Source of the DNA: Myxococcales bacterium
GTDB taxonomy: Bacteria; Myxococcota_A; Polyangia; Polyangiales; DASUME01
Length of the DNA stretch: 64,000 nucleotides
Direction: 5' to 3'
Assembly (NCBI GenBank): GCA_047601445.1
Contig: JASGJH010000001.1
Location: forward strand, 1,760,001-1,824,000
Within the stretch, counting starts at the first letter, position 1. Every line of letters begins with the position of its first letter. This document shows, piece after piece, positions 50,928 through 61,144 of the stretch. Below the pieces are notes generated by a model. That model saw only the letters and a program-made list of their open reading frames with translations. It did not search any database and was not told where the DNA came from. The position numbers were made by a program, and so were the translations under genes.

Positions 50928-51572
50928 TTAGTACCTCACCTTGCAGGTCAACTCGAAAGCCACCGAGGCCTGGGTGTCGCCCCGAGCAGCAGACCCCGAC
51001 CCCGTGCGCACCAGCACCACGCTCTCGAACAGTCGCGAAAGCGTGAGCCGGCGCAGGAACTCGGCGATGTCTTCGTTGTTCCGCCCTGCCCCCTTGATCT
51101 GGCAGCTGCGTCCGTTCTCCTGGAAGCCCGTGATCCACAGGCGTCGCGTATCCCAACCGGGCGTGAACCCCGCCTCGGGGTTCGTCTTCCGCAGCTCGTC
51201 CAGCTTCTGCTGATCCACCGTGGGACCGCGGCCCGGGGACAGGATGGCTGACAGCTCCAGCAACATCCGCGAAGGGCCCTGACGCGCACTCAACAGGCCG
51301 TTGATGACCTCTTCCAACTTCTTGGATTGATCGAGCTGCTTCTGCAGTTCCTGGAGATTCCCGCTCTGGCCCTTGACCTTCTGGATCTGCTGCTCGAGAT
51401 CCACGTTCTGCGCCAGCGCCTGATCCAGGTCGGAGCTCAAGCTGAAGTACACGAAGGCCAGCGCGATGCACCAGGCGAACACGGCCGCGAAGTACACGTA
51501 GCCCCACACATGCGTGCCGGTGCTCGCCGCTTCCTTGCGCTTGGCCTGAGGCAGTAGGTTGATGCGAATCAT
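50928..51572 (-). CDS. pilN: Type IV pilus assembly protein
   Basis: MIRINLLP N-terminus, TM, coiled coil. Confidence 0.93.
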   Translation of the reverse strand: MIRINLLPQAKRKEAASTGTHVWGYVYFAAVFAWCIALAFVYFSLSSDLDQALAQNVDLEQQIQKVKGQSGNLQELQKQLDQSKKLEEVINGLLSARQGPSRMLLELSAILSPGRGPTVDQQKLDELRKTNPEAGFTPGWDTRRLWITGFQENGRSCQIKGAGRNNEDIAEFLRRLTLSRLFESVVLVRTGSGSAARGDTQASVAFELTCKVRY

Positions 51573-52624
51573 GACGCCGCGCGCTCCTTGTCCTTGCGGA
51601 GCGCCAGGCCGAACGCCACCGCGGCGGCGGGCCCACGTCCATCGAGCTCGGGCGCGCCGAGACTCTTGCCGTCGAGCTGGGCGGCCTTGAGCGGGTCGAT
51701 GACCTCCACCGGGGCGCGACAGCGCTGCGAGATAGCTTCTTGCAGGGCACCCAGTCTCGCCGAACCGCCGGACATCACGACGCGCGCAATCTCCCGGTCA
51801 CCGCTGGTGGCCAGGTAGAAGTCGAGAGAACGCTGAATCTCACCGGCCAGGCTCAGCACGACCTCCTGGATGATGCGCGGAACTTCCTGAGGAATGATGC
51901 CGCCGCCCGAACCACACTTGTACGCCTCGGCCTCTTCCTGGCTGATGCTCAGCTGACGCTGGATCTCTTCGGTCACGGCGTTGCCGCCATTGGCGATGTC
52001 ACGCGTGAACGCGGTGTTCCCATCGGCCAGGATGTTGATCGTGGTGAGCGATGCACCGACGTGCATCAACACCGTGGTCTGTCCCTTGACGGGTGCGCCG
52101 TAGCCGGCCTCGAAACAGTTCTGCACCGTGAAGGCGTCGAGATCGATGACCTTCGCCTTCAGCTTTGCTTCGCTCGCCAAGTTGACGAGATCCTGAATCT
52201 CTTCCTTCTTGGCCGCGACCAGGAGCACGTCCATCTGGCCCTCTTCCTGGCGACGACGTAGGACCTGGTAGTCGAGCTCCACGTCGGAGACATCGAAGGG
52301 GATGTGCTGCTCTGCTTCCCACGCGACCTGCTCGCGTAGCTCGGCCGCAGTCATCAAGGGCATGGTGACCTTCTTGATGATCACGCTGTGTCCGCTGATG
52401 CGCAGCGCGACGTCCTTACGGCGCTGCTTGTGGAACAGCTTGTCGAGGCCTTCGATGACGGCCGCCGAGTTCATGATGTGGCCGTCGACGATGCTCTGAG
52501 ACGGAAGCGGGTGATACCCGAAGCGGACGAGCGAGCGCGCGCCCTTCCGGCCTTCCTTGATCTCACAGACCTTAATCGAGCTCGACCCGATGTCGACGCC
52601 GATGAGGTTTTTGCCCTCGGACAT
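51569..52624 (-). CDS. pilM: Type IV pilus assembly actin-like protein
   Basis: GVDIGSSSIK, WEAEQHIPF, EIQRSLDFY, GLALR. Confidence 0.96.
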   Translation of the reverse strand: MSEGKNLIGVDIGSSSIKVCEIKEGRKGARSLVRFGYHPLPSQSIVDGHIMNSAAVIEGLDKLFHKQRRKDVALRISGHSVIIKKVTMPLMTAAELREQVAWEAEQHIPFDVSDVELDYQVLRRRQEEGQMDVLLVAAKKEEIQDLVNLASEAKLKAKVIDLDAFTVQNCFEAGYGAPVKGQTTVLMHVGASLTTINILADGNTAFTRDIANGGNAVTEEIQRQLSISQEEAEAYKCGSGGGIIPQEVPRIIQEVVLSLAGEIQRSLDFYLATSGDREIARVVMSGGSARLGALQEAISQRCRAPVEVIDPLKAAQLDGKSLGAPELDGRGPAAAVAFGLALRKDKERAAS

Positions 52625-52633
52625 GTGGGAGCA

Positions 52634-53110
52634 TCACTCCTCCTCGCCGAACACGCGCACGCGGTCCGCAAGGCTCAAACCCAGGGCTTCCAGGATCTTC
52701 CGCTTGGTATCCATGCGGCACCCGTAGCCCCTCTCCACGCGGTCGATCGTCAAAACCGACAAGTTGGCGCGGCGGGCGAGCTCTGCTTTGGACATCATCC
52801 GCTCGATGCGGATGCGCCGTACGTTGTTACTCGACTTCTTGGGAGTCGTGCTCGGGGTCCCGCCGGACTTGATGTCCTCGGGGGCCTCGTCTTCGTCTTC
52901 TTCTGTTTCACGTGCCGCGTCGCGCACATTGCGCGCGCCGCGAACAGCGCTGGAGGGTTCCGCGTCCGACGCAAGTTCGGCAGGTCCACCCGCGCGGTCG
53001 CTCGAGCCCATCGTGCGCGCAGTGCGCGCAGAGGAACCCGTCGCTGAACCCAGCGAGAGTGCTGCTGCGGAGACCTTGTCGTCCTGCTCCATGGTCCGAG
53101 AACCATCCAC
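52634..53110 (-). CDS. XRE-family HTH protein directly upstream of pilM
   Basis: NNVRRIRIERMMSKAELARRANLSVLTIDRVERG…RMDTKRKI. Low-complexity N-terminal extension, start uncertain. Confidence 0.85.
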   Translation of the reverse strand: MDGSRTMEQDDKVSAAALSLGSATGSSARTARTMGSSDRAGGPAELASDAEPSSAVRGARNVRDAARETEEDEDEAPEDIKSGGTPSTTPKKSSNNVRRIRIERMMSKAELARRANLSVLTIDRVERGYGCRMDTKRKILEALGLSLADRVRVFGEEE

Positions 53111-53137
53111 GGCGAAACCCGTGCTTCGCCAGCACTC

Positions 53138-53228
53138 AACTTATGGAGCAATAGGGCGCAACGTCAAGCAATATTTGATAATTTGCCCATCATTGATAGA
53201 CAAATGACACATAATTATAGGCAAATGA
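53138..53228 (-). promoter_or_regulatory. Sigma70-like promoter plus AT-rich palindromic operator upstream of XRE-pilMNOPQ
   Basis: TTGACG-N18-TAAGTT on the minus strand. Imperfect palindrome ATTTGCCCATCATTGATAGACAAAT at 53181. ATAG(A/G)CAAATGA repeated 21 bp apart. Confidence 0.55.
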
Positions 53229-53429
53229 TGTGTTTGCACGCGACCAAAGCGCGAGCTCACACGCCGTTCCATCTTCTCGGTTGTCAACGAGCGACCACTA
53301 ACCCCTCGATGTTCTCATTCGCGGCCCGTCTGCAGCCAAAAAACTGCAGCTCCGTTGACACCACCCCGCGTCTCACCTGGAGCGCGCAAAACGTTGAAGC
53401 AACCGCCCTTGGGCCCTACGCTGAAGCAC

Positions 53430-54476
53430 GTGCGTCGTAGCCTCCCGAAGTTTCCGCGATCCGTCGCGATCCTACTGAAATGCCTAACGATTGTGTGCGG
53501 GTCTTGGTTCATGGTCGGAACCGTGCGCGCCGACCGCAGCCACACCGTCGCGGCAGGCCAGAGCCTCGCGGCCATCGCCCGCAAGTACGACGTCACGGTC
53601 TGGTCTTTGGCCGCCGCCAACGCGATCACGCCTGAGACGCCCGTGCGCACTGGCCAAGTGCTCAATGTGCCCGATAAGGGAGTCGTTTATGTAAACGCTG
53701 GTCAGACGCTGTGGAGCGTGGCGCGCCGTCACGAGTGCACCGTCGAGGCACTCGCGAGCGCCAACGGACTGACGACCGCGTCGAACCTGCGACCGGGCAT
53801 GCGCCTGGTGTTGCCGGGACACAAGCCGAGTCCGGGCGGGGTCAAGGAACCGCGCGAGGCCGGGGGTCGCTCCTGGGGCACCCCCAAGAAGCGCGGACAC
53901 GTGACGCTCTACCGCGTGGCGACGCAACAAAACTTGGCGCTGACGCTCGTGGACAAGCGCGGGCGCGTGACGCCGAACGCCACCCAGCAGCTTTCGCGTT
54001 TCCTCCGGCCGCGCAATTCCAAGAAGACCAAGAAGCCCCAGGCGCGCCTGCTCGCGCTCCTGGCTCAGGTGTCGGATCACTTCGGCGGGCGCAAGATCCA
54101 CGTCATCAGCGGCTACCGCATGGCCGGCGGACGCACCAATGAAGAGAGCCGTCACGTGGCGGCGGCGGCCATCGACATGCGCGTCGAAGGGGTGCCGAAT
54201 CGCATTTTGCGCGACTACCTGCGGCACTTCGACGACGTCGGAGTCGGCTACTACCCCAACAGCACCTTCATCCACTTCGACGTGCGCTCCAAGAACGCTT
54301 ACTGGGTCGACCTCTCGAGCCCAGGCCAGAAGGCGGCCTACGTTCCGCGCGACGAGCGCGAGGGTTTCGAGGGCAAGACCACGGGCCTCGCAGACCTGGC
54401 GAAGTCTCTCGAGTCCACCATCGAAGACATCGACCCGCATGGAGAGCCGGACGAGGTCCAGGCGGACGACGAGTAG
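53430..54476 (+). CDS. LysM-repeat + peptidase M15/DUF882 cell-wall peptidase
   Basis: Two LysM repeats. ISGYR…SRH…AIDM…VGYYP…FIHFDVR. Confidence 0.9.
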   Translation: MRRSLPKFPRSVAILLKCLTIVCGSWFMVGTVRADRSHTVAAGQSLAAIARKYDVTVWSLAAANAITPETPVRTGQVLNVPDKGVVYVNAGQTLWSVARRHECTVEALASANGLTTASNLRPGMRLVLPGHKPSPGGVKEPREAGGRSWGTPKKRGHVTLYRVATQQNLALTLVDKRGRVTPNATQQLSRFLRPRNSKKTKKPQARLLALLAQVSDHFGGRKIHVISGYRMAGGRTNEESRHVAAAAIDMRVEGVPNRILRDYLRHFDDVGVGYYPNSTFIHFDVRSKNAYWVDLSSPGQKAAYVPRDEREGFEGKTTGLADLAKSLESTIEDIDPHGEPDEVQADDE

Positions 54477-54497
54477 CCGCTCCGGCGTGAGCAGCCG

Positions 54498-57400
54498 TCA
54501 GAGAATACCGAACTCGGAAAGCCGGCGGTAAAAGGTTCGACGCGGCATGCCCAACGCGGTGGCCGCCTTGACGCGGTTCCAGCCGTGGCGCTCCAGCGCT
54601 TCCAGGATGCGCTGGCGCTCGCGCTGCTTGAAGCCGCGCACGTCGTGGGGTCGATCGCTGGGGGAGGCTTCGACCAGCTCGCTCGGCTCGAGGCCATCGG
54701 CGCCCATCTCGGTGGCGTCGGACACGTCGGCGTCGGGGGCGTCCAACGCGGGGGGCTGAACCAGGGACCCGTCGCTCCAGGGCAGGTCGCGCACGTCGAT
54801 GCTGGGGCCCTCGGTCATCATCGCCGCGCTCAGCAGCATGTGCTCGAGCTGGCGGATGTTGCCGGGAAAGCTCTCCTGCGTGAGGCGCTCGAACACGGCG
54901 CGGGTGAGGCGCTTGGCCCGACCGCCGTGCTTGGCGGCGATGCGGGCGAGCAGGTGCTCGCACAAGAAGGGCAGGTCTTCTCCGCGCTCGCGCAACGGGG
55001 GAAGGCGCACTTCCACCACGCTCAAGCGGTAGAACAAGTCCTCACGCAAGCGCTTCTCACGCACGAGCTCGGAGAGCGGCCGGTTGCTGGCGACGATCAC
55101 GCGCACGTCCACCGCGAGGTCCTGATCCGAGCCGACCGGGCGCACCCTGCCCTCCTGGAGCACGCGCAAGAGGTCGAGCTGCATGCGCGGTGGGATGTCG
55201 GCGAACTCGTCGAGGAACAGCGTGCCGCCCTGGGCCAGCGCGAACAGCCCCTTCTTGTCGCGGTCGGCACCGGTGAAGGCACCGCGTACGTGCCCGAACA
55301 ACTCGCTCTCGATGAGCGACTCTGGCAAGGCGCCGCAGTTCACCGCCACGAAGGGCGCGCGATGGCGGGCGCCGGCGGCGTGGATGGCCCGCGCCACGAG
55401 CTCCTTGCCCGTACCGCTCTCGCCCTGGATCACCACCGAGACGCTCGAGTCGCGCACGCGGTCGATCAGCGAGAACACCCGCTGCATGGCCTGGCCGTGT
55501 CCGATCATGCCGTGCTTGAGTGCGCTCTCGGTGAGGGCCGAGCGAGCCCCAGACAGCGCGCGCTGCGCGTGCTCGAGCTCCTCGGTGCGCGCCTCGAGCA
55601 GGCGCTCCATTTCGGCCTTGGTGCTCTCGAGCTCGCGGTTCTTGTGCTCGAGGGCGATCCGACGCCGCTCGTTTTCTCCCCACAGGCGGGTGTTCTCCAG
55701 GGCGATCGCGGACTGATCGGCGAAGGCCATCAGCAGGTCCACGTCTTCGTCCTGGAAGCGACCGGCGCGCATGCGGTGCTCCAGATAGAGCACGCCTTCC
55801 ACGCGCTCGGGCCCGCGAATCGGCACGCAGGCCACGGACTTCAGCATCAGCTTGTGCACCGACATGAACTCGTTGACGCGTCGGTCGTCGCGAGCATTGA
55901 CGGTGACGATGGGCTCGCCGTCGATCAACACGGCCTCCGCGATGGAGCGCGAGAACGCGACGCTGGCGTCCTGCTCGCGACCGACGCTGGCTCGCACCGT
56001 GTGAGGCATCAGCTGCTCACGTTCGTCGAGCAGCAGCACGAAGCCCCGCTCCGCGCCCGAGAGCTCGACAGCGGCGTCCGTGATGCGCTCGAGCAGGCGA
56101 CTCAGGTCGCGCTCGCGGGCTAGCCTCTTGATGATCTCGAGCAGGCGCTCGAAGCGCGGATCGACCCGGCCGGAGCGGCTGGCGCTCGCGGTGGTCTCGA
56201 AGCGTGAGGCCGTCAAAGAAGCCGTGGCGGTGGCGCCGTCGATCACAGCCCGACGTCGCGGATCGGCACGGAACCCGTCGCGCGCCTCACGCGGAACCCT
56301 GGCGGCTTCGCGCTCGATGATCTCGGCCGCGTCGAGCAGGCAGCGGCGCGCCAGAACCTCCGAGCCGAGCGCGCGATGCAGCTGGGCTTGAGCCGTGAGC
56401 ACCTGCCACCCCAGTTCGCGTTCGTGCTCTTTGAGCTCCACCTTGGCCAGACGCTCGAGGTCGCCCAGCGCACCCTCGATGTCACCGTTGGCCGCGCGCG
56501 CGCGTGCCAGCAGCAGCTTGAGTCTCGTGCGCATGTCTTCGATGCCTTCGGACTCGACCAGGCTACGAGCCCTCGCGAGGCGCGCAGCGGCTGCGGAGGC
56601 ATCGCTCGCACCGGAGCGATCGAGGAGACACTCGGCGGTATCGAGGCACACTTCGGTGAGCTCGCGCTTGCGCGCCACGCGCTCGAAGTGCCCGGCAGCA
56701 GCGTCGTAGCGTACGAGGGCACCCTCGGTCTGGCCTTGGCGCGCGGCGACGTCACCCAGGATTTGGAGGGCCTGGGCCTTCTGCGCCTCGATCTGCCACT
56801 GCTCCGCGTCCGCCAGCGATGTCTCCGCGATGGCCCGCGCCCGCTCGAACGCGCCCAAGTAGAGGTGCAAGAACGCCAGGTTGTTTTGCGCCATGATCGC
56901 CATGGCGAAGCGCCCTGCCCTGCGCAGCCAGCGGCCCGCCAGGGCGTAGTGCTCGGCGGCCACGTCGGTTTGCCCGAGTCGATGGCTGATCGCCCCGTAG
57001 TTCGACGCGAAGGTTCCCATCAGACCGACGTCCCCTGCGACGCGAGATGCCGCCAGGGCGCGCTGGTAGGTGGCGACGGCGGCGGACAGCTCACCCGCCC
57101 GGTCGTAGGCCATGGCCTGATAGCCGAGCACTTGGGCTCGTTCGCGCTCCAGACCGAGCTCGCTGGCCAGCCCGAGCGCCTGCTCGAAGCGAGCCTCGGC
57201 CTGCGCGCGATCACCGCCCATGCTGATGAGCCAGGCCTCGATGGCGAGTAGCTCGGCGCGCGCGGCATCGCGGGACGGCGCGGCTGCCAAACCGGCCTCC
57301 ACCACCCTGCCGGCCTGCACGCGATCACCGCGTCGCAGGTGGACGCGCGCGAGCTCACGGCAAGCAGGAGCAAACAGCGCGCCCGAGCTGGCCTCGGAGA

Positions 57401-59579
57401 GCTCGGAGAGCACTTCGGCCGCAGCATTCAGATCGCCACGCGCCACGTGCGCCCGCCCGCTGACGAGCCGAGCACGTGTCCGCAGCTCGAGCGCCTGCCC
57501 CGCGTCCTCCATCAACGTTCGCGCGGTGGCGAGGCATGCCTCGAGCTCACCCAGGCCCTCCTCCAGCTCGGCGGCGGCCAACTGCAACTGCCCGCTCAAC
57601 GCACCTCGCGCTGCCGGCAGTCCGGCGCGCGCGAGCACGAGCGCCTGATGGGAGAGCCCCGCTTGCCGCAGCAAATTCACGGCCGCATTCACGGTCTTGC
57701 CGAAGCGCATGCGGTCGCCCGCCGCGACACACAGCTCGGCGACCAATGGCGCGGCGAGCTCTGCCGCTGCCGAACCTTCGAGGACTCGCTTGGCCAGCAC
57801 CGCCAACGTCTCGCCCCCGCTGCGTCGGACCCACTCGGCGAGCACGCTGTCGGTCGGCCACATGCCCGCGCCACTCTCGCGCAGAAGGCGCGCCGCCACG
57901 AGCTCGACCCGGGTCTGAGGCCACGCCTCTCCCAGCAATCCCGCCACGACTGACTCGGGGATTCCGAACTCGGCTGTGGCGCGCGCCGCGACGAGCACCA
58001 GGAACGCGCTGCGCGCCGGCGGCGAGAGCTGCTCGAAGCGCTGCCGCAGCAGGCCAGCGCCGATCTCGCCGGCCGGTAGCTGAGAGACTTCCTGCGCCGT
58101 GATCTCGGGACGCGCGAAGACCAACGCGAGCGCTTCGACGAGGAGCCCCGGATTGCCAGCCGCATGATCCACGAGGGCCTCGGCGAGGGCCGGTTCCACC
58201 GAGCCGAGGCAGTCCCGCACCAGGGCTCGCTGCACTTCGCCACCGAGTGGCGTGAGCTCCCACGTGCGTGGTGCGGGCAAGGCCTGCAACCGGGATCCGT
58301 CCGAAAGAGAGCTGGTAGCGACGATGGCTGCAGCGTCCGCGCCGAGCTCGCGCAGCGCCACGCCGAGTGCGCGCACGAAATCGAGATCGGCTAGCTGGAG
58401 ATCGTCGATCAAGAGAACGGGGCGGCTCGTCGCGCCGGCAGCACCGAGCGTCGACACCAGCTGCTCTACCGGATCGCTCGACAGGCTTCCCGCCAGCTGC
58501 CCCCCCAGGGTCTGCGACGCAAGCTGCGCCAGCCCGGGGCTCGCTTCGCCGCCAAAACGCAGCTCGAACACGCTGCGTCCCGAGAGCTGCAGGCGCCACT
58601 TGAGCTCCCGCAGCGTGCAGCTCTTGCCCATGCCGCGTGCGCCGAGCACCACCTGCGTGGAGGGCTCGGGCGATGCCCCCTCGAGCGCCTCGAGCAACTC
58701 CTCGCGGCCGCGCGGACGCGGAGGCGTGAAGAGCGGCGCGCTGCTCACGCCGCGAGGACGGCTCGAGCGTCGCAAGGCACGCTCCAACATGGCGGCCAGC
58801 TCATCTGCACTGGCTGCGCGCTGACGTCGATCTGGCGCGAGACCGCTGAGTGCGGCTTGAAGCAAGCTCTCCCGCAGGCCCGTAGCAGCTTCGTGCCGGG
58901 GCAACTCACCGCGCAGCTTGGCCTGCAACGCGGCGCCGCCGAGCTCAGCGAAGGGCGGCCGTCCCGTGGCGAGCGCCCACACGGTGGCCCCGAGTGCATA
59001 GACATCGCTCGCCACGGTCGGCTCGCCGCCGTGGAAGAGCTCCGGCGCCATGAACAGAGGCGTGCCGCTGCCGCTCAATGAGCTCTCGAAGCGATCGCCC
59101 ACCCCCACCCGCGATGAGAGCCCGAAGTCGATCAGGTTCGGCCCATGCGCGGCATCGACGATCACGTTCGCGGGCTTCAAGTCGCCGTGCACGATCCCCG
59201 CGCGATGAATGCTCGAGACCACTTGCAAGGCGCGCACGAGCAGGGCTACCGCTTGCTCCAAAGGCTGCTCGCTCGCCCACGCGTCGAGCGGCTTTCCGTC
59301 GACAAAGGCGCGCGTGAAGAAGGGCCCCGCAGGAATCTCTTGGCCCTCGGGCATGACGCCGAGGTCATAGACTTGGGCGACGCCCGGTAGGCTCAGCGAT
59401 GACAGCAGCGCGAATTCGCGCACGAACGAATTGCGAAACGCCGGGTCGCTCGAGCGGTCCAGGCCCTTGAGCGCGATCGGTTGCCCGCCGTGAAGGCAGT
59501 CCTCCACGAGATACACGCCCCCGGCTGCGCCGGAGCCGACGCGGCGCAGGTAGCGATAGCGGGCTGGTCGTTGAGCCAC
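54498..59579 (-). CDS. Ser/Thr kinase-ATPase-TPR-GAF-sigma54 activator (Fis HTH) fusion
   Basis: HGDLKPANV, DFG. GARGMGKS. GAF (SGAERGF). GESGTGKE, GAFTGA, FYRL. C-terminal HTH. Confidence 0.93.
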   Translation of the reverse strand: MAQRPARYRYLRRVGSGAAGGVYLVEDCLHGGQPIALKGLDRSSDPAFRNSFVREFALLSSLSLPGVAQVYDLGVMPEGQEIPAGPFFTRAFVDGKPLDAWASEQPLEQAVALLVRALQVVSSIHRAGIVHGDLKPANVIVDAAHGPNLIDFGLSSRVGVGDRFESSLSGSGTPLFMAPELFHGGEPTVASDVYALGATVWALATGRPPFAELGGAALQAKLRGELPRHEAATGLRESLLQAALSGLAPDRRQRAASADELAAMLERALRRSSRPRGVSSAPLFTPPRPRGREELLEALEGASPEPSTQVVLGARGMGKSCTLRELKWRLQLSGRSVFELRFGGEASPGLAQLASQTLGGQLAGSLSSDPVEQLVSTLGAAGATSRPVLLIDDLQLADLDFVRALGVALRELGADAAAIVATSSLSDGSRLQALPAPRTWELTPLGGEVQRALVRDCLGSVEPALAEALVDHAAGNPGLLVEALALVFARPEITAQEVSQLPAGEIGAGLLRQRFEQLSPPARSAFLVLVAARATAEFGIPESVVAGLLGEAWPQTRVELVAARLLRESGAGMWPTDSVLAEWVRRSGGETLAVLAKRVLEGSAAAELAAPLVAELCVAAGDRMRFGKTVNAAVNLLRQAGLSHQALVLARAGLPAARGALSGQLQLAAAELEEGLGELEACLATARTLMEDAGQALELRTRARLVSGRAHVARGDLNAAAEVLSELSEASSGALFAPACRELARVHLRRGDRVQAGRVVEAGLAAAPSRDAARAELLAIEAWLISMGGDRAQAEARFEQALGLASELGLERERAQVLGYQAMAYDRAGELSAAVATYQRALAASRVAGDVGLMGTFASNYGAISHRLGQTDVAAEHYALAGRWLRRAGRFAMAIMAQNNLAFLHLYLGAFERARAIAETSLADAEQWQIEAQKAQALQILGDVAARQGQTEGALVRYDAAAGHFERVARKRELTEVCLDTAECLLDRSGASDASAAAARLARARSLVESEGIEDMRTRLKLLLARARAANGDIEGALGDLERLAKVELKEHERELGWQVLTAQAQLHRALGSEVLARRCLLDAAEIIEREAARVPREARDGFRADPRRRAVIDGATATASLTASRFETTASASRSGRVDPRFERLLEIIKRLARERDLSRLLERITDAAVELSGAERGFVLLLDEREQLMPHTVRASVGREQDASVAFSRSIAEAVLIDGEPIVTVNARDDRRVNEFMSVHKLMLKSVACVPIRGPERVEGVLYLEHRMRAGRFQDEDVDLLMAFADQSAIALENTRLWGENERRRIALEHKNRELESTKAEMERLLEARTEELEHAQRALSGARSALTESALKHGMIGHGQAMQRVFSLIDRVRDSSVSVVIQGESGTGKELVARAIHAAGARHRAPFVAVNCGALPESLIESELFGHVRGAFTGADRDKKGLFALAQGGTLFLDEFADIPPRMQLDLLRVLQEGRVRPVGSDQDLAVDVRVIVASNRPLSELVREKRLREDLFYRLSVVEVRLPPLRERGEDLPFLCEHLLARIAAKHGGRAKRLTRAVFERLTQESFPGNIRQLEHMLLSAAMMTEGPSIDVRDLPWSDGSLVQPPALDAPDADVSDATEMGADGLEPSELVEASPSDRPHDVRGFKQRERQRILEALERHGWNRVKAATALGMPRRTFYRRLSEFGIL

Positions 59580-59735
59580 GCTCCAACCCTAGCCGAGCCA
59601 GGCACACATTGGCAATCCGGCACATAGAAGCACACGTCAATAAGCTCGCTGCGCCAGATTGTGCCAACAATCGACAAACGAGACCGCCCGGCGCCGCGGA
59701 GGGCCAGGCTCGAACTCCCACAAATGCCCGTGAAC

Positions 59736-60950
59736 TCAGCGCTTGGGACGCGCGAGCACGATCGGCGGTGCCTCTTCGACGAGCAGGTCGTCGTCGAGCT
59801 CGAGCGGCAGGAGCAAGGCCTGGGGGGCCTCCTCGAGCTCGACCATGTCTTCCACGACCGGTTCCAGAGCAGGTTCGCCGCGCAGGGCGTGGAGCTCATG
59901 GAGGTGCGCGCGACCATGGCGGCCGGCGACCGCTGCAGACTGCGGCGGCTGATTCGAAGGGGGATGCCGCACCGCATTGCCCTGGCTCGGCGTGATCGGG
60001 ATCGGCCGATAGGAGCCGTGCCCGCGAGCCAGACGCTCGTCCTCACGGAAGACCTGCTGATAGTAGCGAGCGAGCGCCTGATGGTTGGGGCTCACGCCGG
60101 TGGACAACGCGTAGTCCTCCAACGCGTGGGCGAGGTGGAGCGCGCTCGGATAGCGTCGCCCGCGATCGCGGGACAGCGCCGTGAGCACAATGAACTCGAG
60201 CTCTTGCGGATAGCCCGGCACCCAGTGGCTCGGCGGTGTCACGTCGCGCTCGACGATCGCCGTCATCACCTCGATCTCACCGCCATGAAACAGACGGCGG
60301 CCGGTGGTCAGCTCGTAGAGCATCACGCCCACCGCGAATACGTCGGAGCGCTTGTCGATGCGCTGCCCGCGCACCTGCTCGGGCGCCATGTACGCGAGCG
60401 TGCCCTTGATGGTGCCGCTATGGGCCTCGTCGCGCGCCGTGTGGGCCACGCCGAAATCCAGCAGTTTTGCGAAGCCGTCGGGCGTGATCATCACGTTGTG
60501 GGGCGTCACGTCGCGGTGCACGATGCGCATCGGGCGACCTTCGTCGTCGTTGCGCTCGTGGGCATGGTGGAGCGCATCGCAAAGCTGCTCGACCGCGCTC
60601 ACCACCGCGTCGAAGGGCATCGGGATGCCTTCGCGGGCTCCGGCAGCACACAGCTCGGCCAGCGTGAAGCCGGGCACGTGCTCGATCACCAGGTACCAAT
60701 GCCCCTCGGCGTAACCGAGGTCGTAAATCTGCGGGATGTTCGGGTGGTTCAGCGCGGACAGTACGTGCGCCTCGTCCTGGAACATCCGCACGGCCTCGGG
60801 GTGGTGCGCGAGATGCTGGAACAGGCGCTTAACAACCACGCGACGACGGAACCCTGCCTCGCCGGAGTACTCGGCAAGGAACACCTCGCCCATGTTGCCG
60901 TTCGCAAGCTTTCTCTGCAGTCCGTAACGGCCGACTGCTTCGACCACCAT
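59736..60950 (-). CDS. Ser/Thr protein kinase
   Basis: GNMGEV, HRDVTPHNV, DFG, GTLAYMAPEQ. Confidence 0.95.
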   Translation of the reverse strand: MVVEAVGRYGLQRKLANGNMGEVFLAEYSGEAGFRRRVVVKRLFQHLAHHPEAVRMFQDEAHVLSALNHPNIPQIYDLGYAEGHWYLVIEHVPGFTLAELCAAGAREGIPMPFDAVVSAVEQLCDALHHAHERNDDEGRPMRIVHRDVTPHNVMITPDGFAKLLDFGVAHTARDEAHSGTIKGTLAYMAPEQVRGQRIDKRSDVFAVGVMLYELTTGRRLFHGGEIEVMTAIVERDVTPPSHWVPGYPQELEFIVLTALSRDRGRRYPSALHLAHALEDYALSTGVSPNHQALARYYQQVFREDERLARGHGSYRPIPITPSQGNAVRHPPSNQPPQSAAVAGRHGRAHLHELHALRGEPALEPVVEDMVELEEAPQALLLPLELDDDLLVEEAPPIVLARPKR

Positions 60951-61144
60951 GCACGGGAGTGTAATCGCAGCCGGCCCGATTCGCGATACTCCTTAGGTTT
61001 GCTGGCCCCAAAGAAACGCGCGCACAATGTGGGCTCCGCTACCGACCCGCCCCGGGATCCGCGCTTCCACTACGCAGCTGTCCACGGCGAGGCTACAAAG
61101 TCCGGCGCTCGGGATCCGTCGAACCCCCCGGGCCAGGAACGGAC

